A DNA stretch of 64,000 nucleotides from Vitrella brassicaformis CCMP3155 (Eukaryota > Protista > Chromerida), in assembly GCA_001179505.1 (NCBI GenBank), contig CDMY01000007.1, positions 124,001 through 188,000 of the forward strand, given 5' to 3'. This document shows positions 12,634-24,410 of this stretch, in pieces. The notes below the pieces were generated by a model that saw only the letters and a program-made list of their open reading frames with translations, ran no database searches and was not told the DNA's origin. Positions within the stretch are counted from its first letter, which is position 1; every line of letters starts with the position of its first letter. The position numbers were made by a program, and so were the translations under genes.

Positions 12634-14387
12634 ATGACAATGGCGACATCAGCTGCGGATCAGCGCACCCCGCTGGAGGCGAGCAGCCTCTTCGCTTTCC
12701 CGCCCGAGGACTCGTTCTCCGCGACGTTTCGAAGGCAGCCGTTTAACAAGACCGTCTCCCCGCCGGTTGTCGACACCGACCGGCCGCCGGCGTATGACGA
12801 TGAGGACTATGTCAAGGCAGAGGTGCCCGTGAGACTGCCGCGAGCGGCCGAGAGGCGGGGCACCCACCACTCGGACGGCGGAAGCACCGTCACCAGCAGC
12901 CGCATCGGAAGCTTCGGCAGGTGAGTCAGTCAACACAGCACGGCACGGGAGGGACTGGGAAACGGGCAGGGCAGGGCAGAGGAGAACGAACAAGGCCTGA
13001 TGCCTTTGTGTGTGTGCGTCTGCTGTGTTGCAGTGTGATATCATCGTCGACGTCGCTCATATCGTCGACGTCGAGTGCTTCATCGTCCTTGTCTGAGCTC
13101 CCGCCGCCCGCCCCTCCTCCCCCCCAGCGAGACCCGCCCTCCCTCACCCACACCACACGCACCTCTGTCCCATCCGTCCCCTCCGCACCGACCCTCATCG
13201 CGAGCCACTCCTCTACTTCCCGCCCTGGCATACCCTTCCCGCCAGTCCTCCGCGACACCCACACCGCCACAGCCACCACCACCAGCACCAGCAGCGGTAG
13301 CAGCGTTCAGCAGTTCGCGTCCCAGCCGCGACACGTGGAGATCATTCTGCATCGCAAGGGCGACTCCCCATTTCAGCAGCAGCAGCAGCAGCAGGAGTAT
13401 GGCACCAACCCTGAGGGGAAAGTGGTGCACGCCACCCCCTCCATGCACCACAGTACCCACCACCAAAGCCAGCAGCACCACACTACCCAGCAGCAGCAGC
13501 AGCAGCCTCCGCAGGGCGCCTTCACGCTGCGCCTGGACGACGTCCCCTCCCCGCCCATCTCACCCCAACAACTTGCACAGTACCAGGCCGTCATCGCAAG
13601 CTACCTCAGGGGGGCCGCCAGACAGCAGCAGCAGCAGCAACAGCAACAGCAGTACCAGCACACGACCTACGTGCAGCCGACGACCCTCAGCAGTCTCAGC
13701 AGTGTGAAGGTGGCTCCACCTGTCGGTTCATCAGTCGACCCGCCGCCCGGTTTTTCCCCCGCCGGGATGGTTCCGCGGGCCGTGTCCATGTCGCTGCCGT
13801 CTTTGCCGCTGCTGGAGAGCAATCAGGCAGTGCTGCTGGCTGAGGAGAGGACCACACCCATGAGGAACCCGTCGGGGCTGCGCATCACCATGCCCAACGG
13901 AGAGGGCTACGACGTCCCCAGGGGACCGGACGGCGAACTTCTCTCAATCGGGTCGCTGTTCCACAACGAAGGTTTGTGTGTGGGGTGGGTGGGGGGAAAG
14001 CGAGACGAGATGGGACGGAGGAGGGAGTGGATCGTGTGGTGAGTGTTGCAACCGTTGTGCTGTTTGTTGTTTGGTTTGTGTGCAGGTGCGTGTCGTCCGT
14101 GTGTCTTTGTGACGAACCAGCGGAAGGGTGGGTGTCAAAACGGCATTCACTGTGCCTTTTGCCACTACCCGCACTCACCCAGAAGAAAACCGCCACGGTA
14201 CACACCTCACACACACACACACACGCGCCCGCCCAGGAGACACTCTGCCTAATGCTCATCGTGTGTGTGTGTGTGTGTGGTTTCGGTTTCATCTCTGTCT
14301 GTTGTGTTTGTCAGGCCCTCCAAGAGGCAGCGTGCGTTGCTCAAGGCGCTCAAGACGGGGACCCTCAGCCAGTCCACACCATCTTAG
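12634..14387 (+). CDS. Low-complexity Ser/Pro/Gln-rich protein with a C-terminal C3H1-type zinc finger (alveolate style), 4 exons
   Basis: Spliced C-terminus PRGPDGELLSIGSLFHNEG|ACRPCVFVTNQRKGGCQNGIHCAFCHYPHSPRRKPP|RPSKRQRALLKALKTGTLSQSTPS*, with C-x10-C-x5-C-x3-H spacing. Poly-Q tracts are encoded by (CAG)n. Confidence 0.8.
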
Positions 14388-16044
14388 TCAATGACACGTA
14401 TACATATGACATAGACACGACATCACATCCATCACCCATCACACCCACCACACTCATGCTCGCTCATCCACCCATCCATCCAGACAGTCACTCACCGTTC
14501 CGGCCGGGCGGCCGGTAGCTTGCTCGCTTTGTGCTGTGCGTACACCCGCTTTCCTCCCCTCTGGCTGCCTGGCTGGCCCCTCCCCTCCCCTCCCCCCTCC
14601 CCCTCCCACCCACCCGCCGCCCCTCATTGCTCCATTTATGCCTTAGATGTTGTTTTTCGACGTACACCGGTCGTTCACACTACTCTCACTGACTTGCCCA
14701 CTCACTACTCACTCACTCCATGGGATGGGACGGGACGGGACAGTGGGATGATGGGTGGGTCGGCATTTTCTGAGATGATGAGATGATGTTAAGTTGAGTT
14801 CGTGACGACACCCACTCATTCAGTCAGTATGTGCGTGCGACGTCCCCCTTTTCTCTCTGTGTGTGTGCCGATGGCGTGTGGGGCGGGAGCACTATCATGA
14901 GCCCACATGCTCATGTAGATGTGCTTCCTGCCCCAACCCACGCGGTGCACCCATAGGGGAAAGGAACCGCACAATGAACACAAAGACAGACAAGAACGAG
15001 CGAGCGTTTTCTCGCCTTTTGGTGTCCTTGGTGGTTGATTGAGGAGTTCCCCGCGCCTCGACAGTGAGGTGCGTGAGGTGCAAGGGTTCGTGTGGGTGGG
15101 TTGAGAGAGAGATGGAAAGACAGTCAGACAGCCAATCGGCCAGTGGCACGGCACGGCACGGCAGGGGAGGGACTGACTGTTGATGTAATGTAAGTAATGT
15201 ACCGCGGTGTACTGTAGTGTGAGTGATATTATTATTACTGTTTTGCATTGAATGCAGCGCAGCAAGGCGGCCGCCGTCATCCCGTTCACCCAGACAGACA
15301 GAGAGATGGTCCAAAAGGCCGCCGAAACACTTACTGACACGCGCACGCACTGCCACACCTCACGCCGTCCTTCCTGCTGCCTCTCTGCTGAGCGCAGATG
15401 AGTGCTTGCGTCCGAGAAGGGGAGAGAGAGAGAGAGAGACCGGGCCGATGTGCGCTCGTTGCGCTGTGATCCATCCACAAGTACCTATAAATGCATGTAT
15501 GCATCTTCTCGTCTGCCCGCCCACCCACCCGCTCATGTGTGATGTCATGTGACTTGATGTGATGATATTTTTCTGAACTCAAAGAGCAGACCACGGTGAC
15601 AAGCCGAACAAGGCAGGCAGGCGGCTCTGTTTATCTTTTGCACCCTCCCCCCCTCCCTCCCTCCTCCTCTCTGAGGCACCCCCGTTCTCTCCCCCCGATG
15701 CGGTATGCATTCCCTCTTCCTCCCCGTCTTTGTCTTGTCTCTGCAGGGGAGCATTTTTTGCCCCTCCCCTGCCCCTGCCTGCACATATGTATACATAATA
15801 CACACACAGCCGTCCTTTCTTCCCTCCTTCTACACTACCTTCTACACTACACACATACATACGCACAACCATATCTATCCATCACAGACATCTACTGCGC
15901 GACCGGCCGCCCTTTTCTGGCTCCTTCCTTCAGCGTAAGCGCCGGCCACTCCCCTTCACTTATTTTTTCTCTGCTTTGTTGCCCAAGAGAGGGTCCACGG
16001 AGAGGTGTGCACCACACACGAAGGGTGGTCGGTCTATCGCCGTT

Positions 16045-16070
16045 TCTCTCTCTCTCTCTCTCTCTCTCTC
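16045..16070. repeat. (TC)n microsatellite in the gene-poor interval
   Basis: Read directly from the sequence. Confidence 0.9.
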
Positions 16071-19000
16071 GGTTTCTCTTTCGGTCCCCTGGTTGGTAGC
16101 TTCCTTGTTTGCTTGGTTGGTTGGTTGGTTGGTTTGTCTCTCTGCCTGTCTATCTACCTGCCTATGTGTGTATCGCTGTCTGTTTCTGCTGTGCATAGTG
16201 TGTCCGTACCACCAGAACGAGTCGGTCGGTAAGTAGTAGGACAGGAGCTTGTGTGTGTGTGTGGCGCTGCTGTGGTATGCTGTGTGCTGCGGGCGGTGTG
16301 GGTGGGGGCTGGTGTGTGTGTGTGTTGGTGTTTATATAAATCAGCTGACTGCATTGTGTCTGGTGTCTGGTGTGGCTGCCCCGCCTTGCTCGGCTCTGTC
16401 TGCTCTCGCCTGCCCTGCCCGACCCCCTGCCCACCGAACTTGACTGACTGATGGGGTCTGCCTGGGCACATGGCTGTAAGTATACCGGCTCGAGTGAGCG
16501 ACGGATGGACAGATGGACGAGAGAGACGAGGAGCGAGACAGGCAGGCGGATGTCATCACTGCCGTTTTGTATAAGGCGGAAAGCCAGGCAGGCAGGCAGG
16601 CAGTGAGGGAGAGGGAGGTGGGGAGCTGTGTGTCGTGTTGGTGTATGTAGTATTTATATTATATGATGTACGCATTGGTGTATTGTGTGTCTGCGTGTCT
16701 GCGTGTGCGTGTGCGTGTGTGCGCTTATGGGTCATGCCGACACCCCTTCCCCCACTCACCCTCCTCCCCTCTTTTCCCCACATCCCCATCCCGACCGAAC
16801 AAGAGAACAGACTACACATGCCTCGCCCTTTTCCCCTTTTCCTCCTCGCTCTCGCTCGCTCGGTCGCTCGCTCGCTCGCTTGGTTGGTTGGCTGACAGCC
16901 GCCAGACACAGACATCGGCGCGGCGGCAGTTGGGTGGGCGGGCGGGCGGGCAGGCAGACAGGCAGCCAGCCGGGGATGGGATGCGGTTTCTAAGGATATG
17001 TATGCATAGGTCCGTACATAACTATGGGATGTGCGTACGTATTTTTGTCACTCACGCTGCGCATACCGACCGCTGCACGTGCCATGCACGCGGGCCGGAC
17101 CATTTACGACGGATCGACGAGAGGAGAATGGAATGCCTGCAGGCCATCCATTCCATGCATGCGATGAATGAGTGCGTGTGGTGTGTGGGTTGGTTGGTTT
17201 GGTTTGCGTCCGTGGCCAAGTGCGCGTGGATTTATAACGTGCCGTGCTTCTTCATGCCGTGGATGAGTGTTGATGCGTCTGTCGATGGATGGAAAGAGGG
17301 TGGGTTGGAAAGAGGAAGCAGGACGTTCATGCTTTCGCCGCTCCTCTCCCCCTCCCCCTGTATGTATGGATGGATCGAATCAATGAATCAAGTGTGCGAG
17401 TCGAGTGGATGTGAAGCCAGACTATGTTCGTATGTATGTGTGTGGGTCTGACTGACTGAATGCATCCCTGCGTGCGTGCGTGTGTGTATGTGTGTCCGCG
17501 GCCCATTCATTGCGGTGGGTTCCGCCGATTTCTTTGCCAAGAAAGAAGGAAGAAAGAGGAGACAAGAAACCGTCTGCAAGTGTGTGTATGATAATACCTC
17601 TATCTGTATGTGTGTGTGCCTGCAAGTATGTCTATGTCTATGTCTGTACGTATGTACGATCGATGCAGCCACAAAGTAACGGTTGTCCATTTCAGCCAGC
17701 CCATCATGCATAGCAGCAATCGCTCAGTCAGTCAGTCAGTCATATAACCTTCCCTATCTATCCATCTATCTATCTATTCTATCTCTCTATCTGCCTGGAT
17801 CTGCCGCCTCCCTGCTTGCATACCCACCTGAGCGAGTCAAGTGCGTCCGTCCATCAAATGTGTCATTCATGCTTGTCATGGTTTCTGTCCGTCTTTGATT
17901 GATTGATTGCTTGATTGCTTGATTCCTTGTCACTCGTTCACTCACGTGCGATGCGTCGTTTGGTCGTTTTTGTCGCCCGCCAGTCGACGGTGTTGGAAAT
18001 TGTCTCCGGGCTGGCGGGCCTTCGTGGTGTGCTTGGCTTGTGTGCGTGATCAGTTCTTCCCCTAGTTCGTACAACTATCATTCATGGCATGCGTGCAAAC
18101 CTGCAGACACACACACACATGTACACACATGCATACGGAGATAAGATCGATGTGTGGCTGTCATGCTCATCGATCTGTGCCTGCATACGAACATGGCTCG
18201 ATCGATCGATCGATCGTGTGGGAGAAAGAAAGGCAAAGATCGGATCGGAGGCAGTGTGTGGGCTAGCCACAAGTGTGCGCTACGTTGAAGGATGGATGGT
18301 ATATGGTTATGTGCATACAACAAACAAGTACACTACCCACGTGTACACCGTGTGTATCTTGGTGTATCTGCCCCAAGCATCACACGTCGGCCGTCCGTGC
18401 GGTGCGGTGCCGTTTTGACGAATCGGTGTTTTTCCAGCCCAATCGGTGTCGCCCGACTGACTTGAGTGGCTGACTCACCGATCGAAGGAAGGGATGAACA
18501 AGTAAGATACAATCACTGCTCGCTCACTACTGCTCGCTCACTGCTCCACTCGACTCTGACTCACTTGACTGACTCTCGACTTACCAGAGGCAATTAATTC
18601 CTACGGACAGGGGGAGAGGGAGGAAGCTCTATTCTCCCTGCGTGCATTCACAAGGCAGGCACGGCACGGCACACACTGGAGGGCGGACAGGAAGGGTGGG
18701 CGAGTCCATGCTATTAGGCAGGTGCTGAGGAGCGAGCTTTCAAAGTCGGAAAGGAAAAAAGGGCTGCGCTGCTGCTGCTGTCTCTCTGTCTGCGTGCGTG
18801 GCGTTGCGTGGTCTCAGTGAGTGGATGGACGAGGAAGAGAGAGAGGGGGGGCGCGGATGTGGAGATAGTTGGAAAGAACTGCTTCGTGCTCTGGCTGTCT
18901 ATCTGTCTGTCTGGAAGGGTCGGAAGTCTTTCTTTCTTGCCTCCTAAAGGACTGATTCCTGCTTGCCTGCCTGTCTTACTGTGTCGCCAAGTGTCGTGTG

Positions 19001-19749
19001 TTCCTGGCTGCTTTCCTTCCTCTCTGCTGCGTGCCTGCGTTGTTATGTTGAATCTTGCTGCTGAGCGGGTCCAAGGACGAGAGAGAGAAAGGCACGGAGG
19101 GTGTGTGGGTGGGTGGGTGAGTGCCATGAAGGCTAGCCATGAACGCCATTCAACAGTGCCTTTTTCACCTGTGAGTCACGTTCACACGTCGCGGCAACAA
19201 ACACGTGCATGGCCATGGCCATGGCCTGCCTGTCTGCATGAGATGAGTGGGGGGGTTGTGAACAGCAGCCGCGGGGCAAGAGGGAGGGTCATGAGAGGTA
19301 GCATAGCAGCAGTGCAAGAGGGGTACTGCGTACAGATAGGACATACAGATGGATGAATCGAATCAGTGAACCAACTAGTCGAGGCAAGGCATTCGTATGG
19401 ATCTGAGTTTTCCCTGTGTCCATCTGCCGGACATCGACAAAGCCGAACAGCAATGTTCATATCAGCTCGGCATCCAAGATCACATCACACGAAGAGTCTG
19501 CAGGCCAGCACCTACAATCGCTGCTCAATCTGTATCGGTACTCGGTCACGCCGCTGCTGGAGCTGGCGCTGGCGATGAGCGGGAAAAAAATGTAGTGGGG
19601 GGAGCCGCCCGGCCTAAGTAAAGAGTTTTGTGCAGGCAGCTCTAACCCGGAATGGCCCATGAATGGCCAGGGTGGCCCGGATGGTCATTGGTTTGACGGG
19701 GAGACGGGGATCGGGCCGATCGAAGAAGAGCGCGCAACTTCTCCGGCCT

Positions 19750-19872
19750 GTAAGTTCCTGAGAATAATTGACCGTATCCCTTAGTAAGTGCATTGCATGG
19801 TTGTCTGAGGGCAGAAAGACAGCAATCCTCGCACGATTACGCTAGTGAAGGATTTTGATTGTCGCTGTGCAG
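19750..19872 (+). promoter_or_regulatory. Putative 5'-UTR intron of metE with two GTAAGT donors
   Basis: GTAAGT at 19750-19755 and at 19784-19789, and an acceptor TGTGCAG ending at 19872, 29 nt upstream of the ATG at 19902. Confidence 0.45.
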
Positions 19873-19901
19873 TCTGTTGACTCGCCCCTTCGTCTGCCAA
19901 G

Positions 19902-22824
19902 ATGACGCTCAAGACGGTGACCATCGGCTACCCCCGCATCGGGCCAAACCGCGAGATGAAGAAGGCTCTCGAGGACTACTGGGGCAAGAAAATCAAACAA
20001 GACGACCTGGTCAGTCAGACCAGCAACATACTACCTGCTGGTGCTCACACACATTCCTGCCGTCCCGTTTGGTGATGCCTTTTGTGTGCAGGTCGCTGCG
20101 TCCGACAAGATTTTCGAGAACAACCTGGATGAGCAGGTCAAGGCGGGCATCGACATCATCGGCGTGGGCCACCACACCATGTACGACCCCATGGCCGACT
20201 GGACCCTCCGCTTCGGACTCCTGGCGCCCCGCTTCCAGCCGCTTGTCGGCACCATGAGCCGCCTGGACCTCTTCTTCTCCATGGCCCGCGGTGTGGGCGA
20301 CGTGACGGCCCTCGACATGACCAAGTGGTACGACACCAACTACCACAACCTGGTGCCCGAGATCGACCCCAGCACCACGCCCAAGAAGGACTGGGCCGAC
20401 TACATCGAGATGATCAAGAAGGCCGTCGCCAAGATCGGCGGCGACAAAGTGGGCGCCGAGATCATCGGTCCCATCACTGTGGTCGACAAGGCCTCGCTCA
20501 AGGGCGTGACCCTCGACCAGGTGGTGGACAAGCTCATCCCCCTGTACATCGACCTGCTCAAGGAGCTCAAGGCGCTCGGCGTGGCCGAGGTGCAGATCAA
20601 CGAGCCCGCCCTCATCCTCGACAAGGCCAAGGACCTCCGCTCCACCTACGAGCGCGTCTTCACCCAGCTGGCCACCGTCGGTGTGCCCATCAACCTGATC
20701 ACCTTCTACGACGACATCGGCGAGGCGTACCCCTGGGCCGTCAAGCTCCCCGGCGTCACGGCCGTGTCGCTCGACTTCACCCGCGGCGACACGATGAGCC
20801 TGCTCAAGAAGCACGGCTTCCCGCAGGGCCGGCGGCTGGGCGCCGGTGTGGTGGACGGCCGGTCGGTGTGGAAGGACGTGTCCCTGGCGTCCAAGATGCT
20901 CAAGGAGATCAAGGACACTGTGGGCCCCAACGTGGAGGTGTCGGTGCAGCCGTCGTCCTCCCTGCAGCACGTGCCCTATGACGTGGAGAATGAGACCAAG
21001 GTGGACGCGTCGCTCAAGGCCAGGCTCTCCTTCGCCCGTCAGAAGCTCCAGGACGTCAAGGCCGTCGCCACTGCCGCACCCGGCACTGCCAAGGGCGGCG
21101 TTGAGTTCGCCGTGCAGGACGCCGATGTCAAGGAGCCGCCCGCTGACATGATCAACAGGAGCAAGCCCTTCACCGAGCGTCGTTCTTTGCAGGTGGGAGA
21201 TAGGATAGGCCACGGGAGGGAAGGCAGACCGCCATGTGTGTTGATGTGTGCCTGTCTGTGTGTGTGTGTTGTGGTCTACTGGTACAGATGGCGACGTTGG
21301 GCAACGTGAAGCTGCCGACGAGCACGATAGGTTCGTTCCCTCAGACGCCGGCCATGCGCAAGATCCGTCTCAAGTACCGCAAGGGCGAGGTGTCGAGCGA
21401 GGAGTACCAGAGGGCCGTCGACCAGTACATCGCCTACTGCATCGGAGTCCAGGTACACACACACACACACTCACACTCCCACTGCCGAAGCCAATCGCGA
21501 TACATGTGTGTCGGCTGTCTGCCTGTGCGTTTGTGTGTGCTGTCTGTCAGGAGGGTCTCGGTCTGGATGTGTTGGTGCACGGCGAGCCCGAGCGATCGGA
21601 TATGGTTGAGTACTTTGGCGAGCGCATGGACGGCTTCCTCTTCACTCAACTCGGGTAGGCAGGGAGCTGACACATACAAGAGGCACAAGGAGCACACAGG
21701 GACGGTATGGTATGTCTTTCTGTCTGTGTGGCCTGCCTTATCTGTCTGCAGATGGGTGCAGTCGTACGGTTCCCGCTACGTCCGCCCGCCCATCATTCAC
21801 GGCGATGTTGCCCGCACGGGCAACCAGCCCATGACCGTCAGGGAGTTCATCGTAAGCCCACCCTCACCCTCACCCACACACCACACATACACCACACCAC
21901 ACACCAACCAAAATGGCTGGCAAGTAGCCCTCCCTGTTGGCTCATCGCTGTTGTCTGTCTGTCTGCAGGTGGCCCAGGACTGCACGACCAAGCCCGTCAA
22001 AGGCATGCTGACGGGCCCAGTGACCATTTTGAACTGGTCATTCCCCCGCAAGGACATCGCCCGCAAGGAGCAGGCCTTCCAGATCGGATACGCACTCAGA
22101 GACGAAGTCGCCGACCTCGAGGCCGCCGGTGGGCAGCAAGAGAAGCCGCGCCGGTGTTGATGCACCTGTGTATGCATGTGGCCGTGTCTGTGTGTGTGTT
22201 TGATGTGATGCATCAGGTTGCTGCGTGATCCAGGTGGATGAGCCTGCCCTGCGCGAGGGTCTGCCCATCAAGCCTGCCCGCTGGGCGGCCTACCTGGACT
22301 GGGCTGTCAAGGCCTTCCGCCTGTCGACCACCGTGTGCAAGCCCGAGCTCCACGTGGTGACCCATTTCTGCTACTCGGAGTTCGAGGACGTCATGCAGGC
22401 CATCAAGGACCTCGACGCCGACCAAATCACCATCGAAAACTCGCGATCCGACGACGCCGTCCTGAAGGTGAGCCAGCGAGACAGACCCTCCCTCCCTCAC
22501 CAGTGCTTGCACCGCACCCGTGTGTGTGTACTATCTTGTGTTGTGTTGTGTGTGTCCCTCCCTCTCCCTCCCCTCTCGTCTCGTCAGTACCTGGTGGAGC
22601 AGGGTTACGACCACGACGTGGCGCCGGGTATTTACGACGTGCACTCGCCTGTGATCCCGCCGACCGACAAGCTGATGGAGCGGGTGGAGATGATCAAGAA
22701 GAGCGGCCTCGAGTTCGACCGCATCTGGATCGTCCCCGACTGCGGCCTCAAGACACGCAAGTGGGACGAGGTCATCGAATCGCTCCGAAACCTCGTCACC
22801 GCCACCAAGAGCATCAGGGGCTAG
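19902..22824 (+). CDS. metE: Cobalamin-independent methionine synthase (5-methyltetrahydropteroyltriglutamate-homocysteine methyltransferase), 8 exons
   Basis: [27 protein letters not shown]; [15 protein letters not shown]; GVVDGRSVW; [10 protein letters not shown]; [12 protein letters not shown]; [17 protein letters not shown]; [13 protein letters not shown]; [18 protein letters not shown]; [13 protein letters not shown]. The Zn-ligand motifs [14 protein letters not shown] and PDCGLKTR are intact. Confidence 0.98.
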
Positions 22825-24285
22825 ACAGACAGACACACAGACCGATGGATGGATGAGTGAGTGGATGGATGGATGGATGGGCGATTGGCGATTTTGATAT
22901 GGAGAGAGACGGGTGTGTTCGTTTGATGACTGACAGCACGTATAAATGTGTGCTGGTTTGGTCCAGTTTCGTTGGTTGGTGAATTGAATGAATTGGACGG
23001 ACACTTTGGTGGGTGGGCGGGTGGGGTGGAGGAGAGGAAGGAAGGAAGGGCCGGCAACCGGGCGGGCGGAGATGGGCGTTTTAAGGGCGCAAGCCCCACT
23101 ATCTTCTCCCAGCCCGACCTCCTCTCCATCCATGTCAGTCAGTCAGTCATTGTGTGGTGTGTGTTTCGTGGCTGCGTGTGAGTGATGTGGTGTGTATGGG
23201 GTCGCCCTCTCCCCTTACCTTTTTTTGCCACATCCCTAGTTCGTATCAAGATTCCATCGCATTGGGGACAAGGTTGGTGGGGCAGGGAGCATCGTCCGTC
23301 GTGCGTCTCGTGCGTCTGTATCTGTGTCAACTGGGGAAGGGTCGCTGGTTCGTGTGAAGGTGTCTGTGGTGCCTGCCGGGAATGATCCCCTCACTCCCGC
23401 TTTTTCCAAAGGACCAAACTCAGACGGCCCACTAATTTTGAACAGTTGGACTGACCGATCGAGATCGATATGTCGAGGCCTTTGTCTGGGTGGTCCATAT
23501 GCGGTGCTGCTGCCCTGTCTCGTTGACGCGATCATCGAGATGGCTCCCAATGCAAGCAATGGATGGCTACGTCTGTTCGTGCATGCCATGTGCTGGTGCA
23601 ATTTTGGACATCTAGCTATACGTGTGACGCCGCCACGCGCCCAGCAACCCATCTCAGACGAGAGGGGAAGGGTGAAGTGATAGATACTTACGGTACACAC
23701 AAGTCGTCCGTCCGTCTACGCACCTGTCGTTTCGCATGCCTGACTGCCTGCCTGCCTGCCTCGCGATTTCTCTCCTCTACGAAGCGAGGGCAGCTGCAGA
23801 ATGCCTGAAAGGGTGGGGGGACTCCTGAGTGGCGCACAAAAGTGCCTGCCTGCCTGCCTGCCTGGCTGGCTGTCTGTCTGTCTGTCTATCTGGTCGGTTT
23901 TCGTCGCATAGGTTCCCCTGAGCGATTTTCTTAGAGTCACCTGTTGGATGCCTGTGATTGTTTTATGAACACATTGGTGGGTCACACATGGAGCATTGAC
24001 GATGGGGAGAGAGTGGAGGGAAGAGACACATGGATCTGCAATACTTGAGTTCAGTGCCGCGAAGGTCTTCAGTGCCTGTTGCCCCCACGAGCACTCGGAG
24101 AACTCAAGAGTTGCGTGACATGATTGCAGGGTGAACCGAAATTTTCATGTCGAACAGCTTCACATCCGACACGAGAACAGAATTTTGCACCACACACCAG
24201 GTCTTTTCACATGGTGGTCACAGAATCATCATGCTCACAGAATGCACAAATCTCAGACAAAATGGTCACATCCCCACGCCAAAAG

Positions 24286-24317
24286 ACAAAGGTTGTCTCA
24301 TACAAAGGTTGTCTCAT
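24286..24317. repeat. Perfect 16-bp tandem duplication (ACAAAGGTTGTCTCAT)x2
   Basis: Read directly from the sequence, downstream of the fibrillin stop codon. Confidence 0.9.
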
Positions 24318-24410
24318 CGACGACAGCAGCCTCTTCGAGGCGTCCACACCCATCAAAACTGTCGGCCTCCGTTTCCTCCCTCCTCGCCCCAAAGCACTCC
24401 ACTCTGTCGG

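Noticed and set aside
17126-17153. Near-perfect 28-bp palindrome GAATGGAATGCCTGCAGGCCATCCATTC
   Set aside because: It is built from abundant GGAT/ATCC microsatellite units in opposite orientation, and nothing supports an ncRNA or MITE.
18198-18216. (GATC)n palindromic tandem array
   Set aside because: A simple tetranucleotide microsatellite like many others in the window.
19560-19901. Canonical cobalamin or SAM-I riboswitch upstream of metE (fragments GAGGG...CAGCAA and GCAACT...CTGTAAG)
   Set aside because: The spacing is wrong and the core elements are absent (B12-box GCCACTG/GGGAAGG; SAM-I P1 AUC and GGUGCxAA). Only the weaker splicing-switch idea is kept.
20011-21213. 400-aa ORF antisense to metE, and similar shadow ORFs over SRP72, Kelch and VPS13
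   Set aside because: Expected by-product of extreme GC3 bias on the coding strand, with no independent protein features.
23236-24400. ORFs of 118-181 aa between metE and the fibrillin
   Set aside because: No domain motifs, no consistent splice structure and no GC3 bias. Probably 3' UTR or intergenic.
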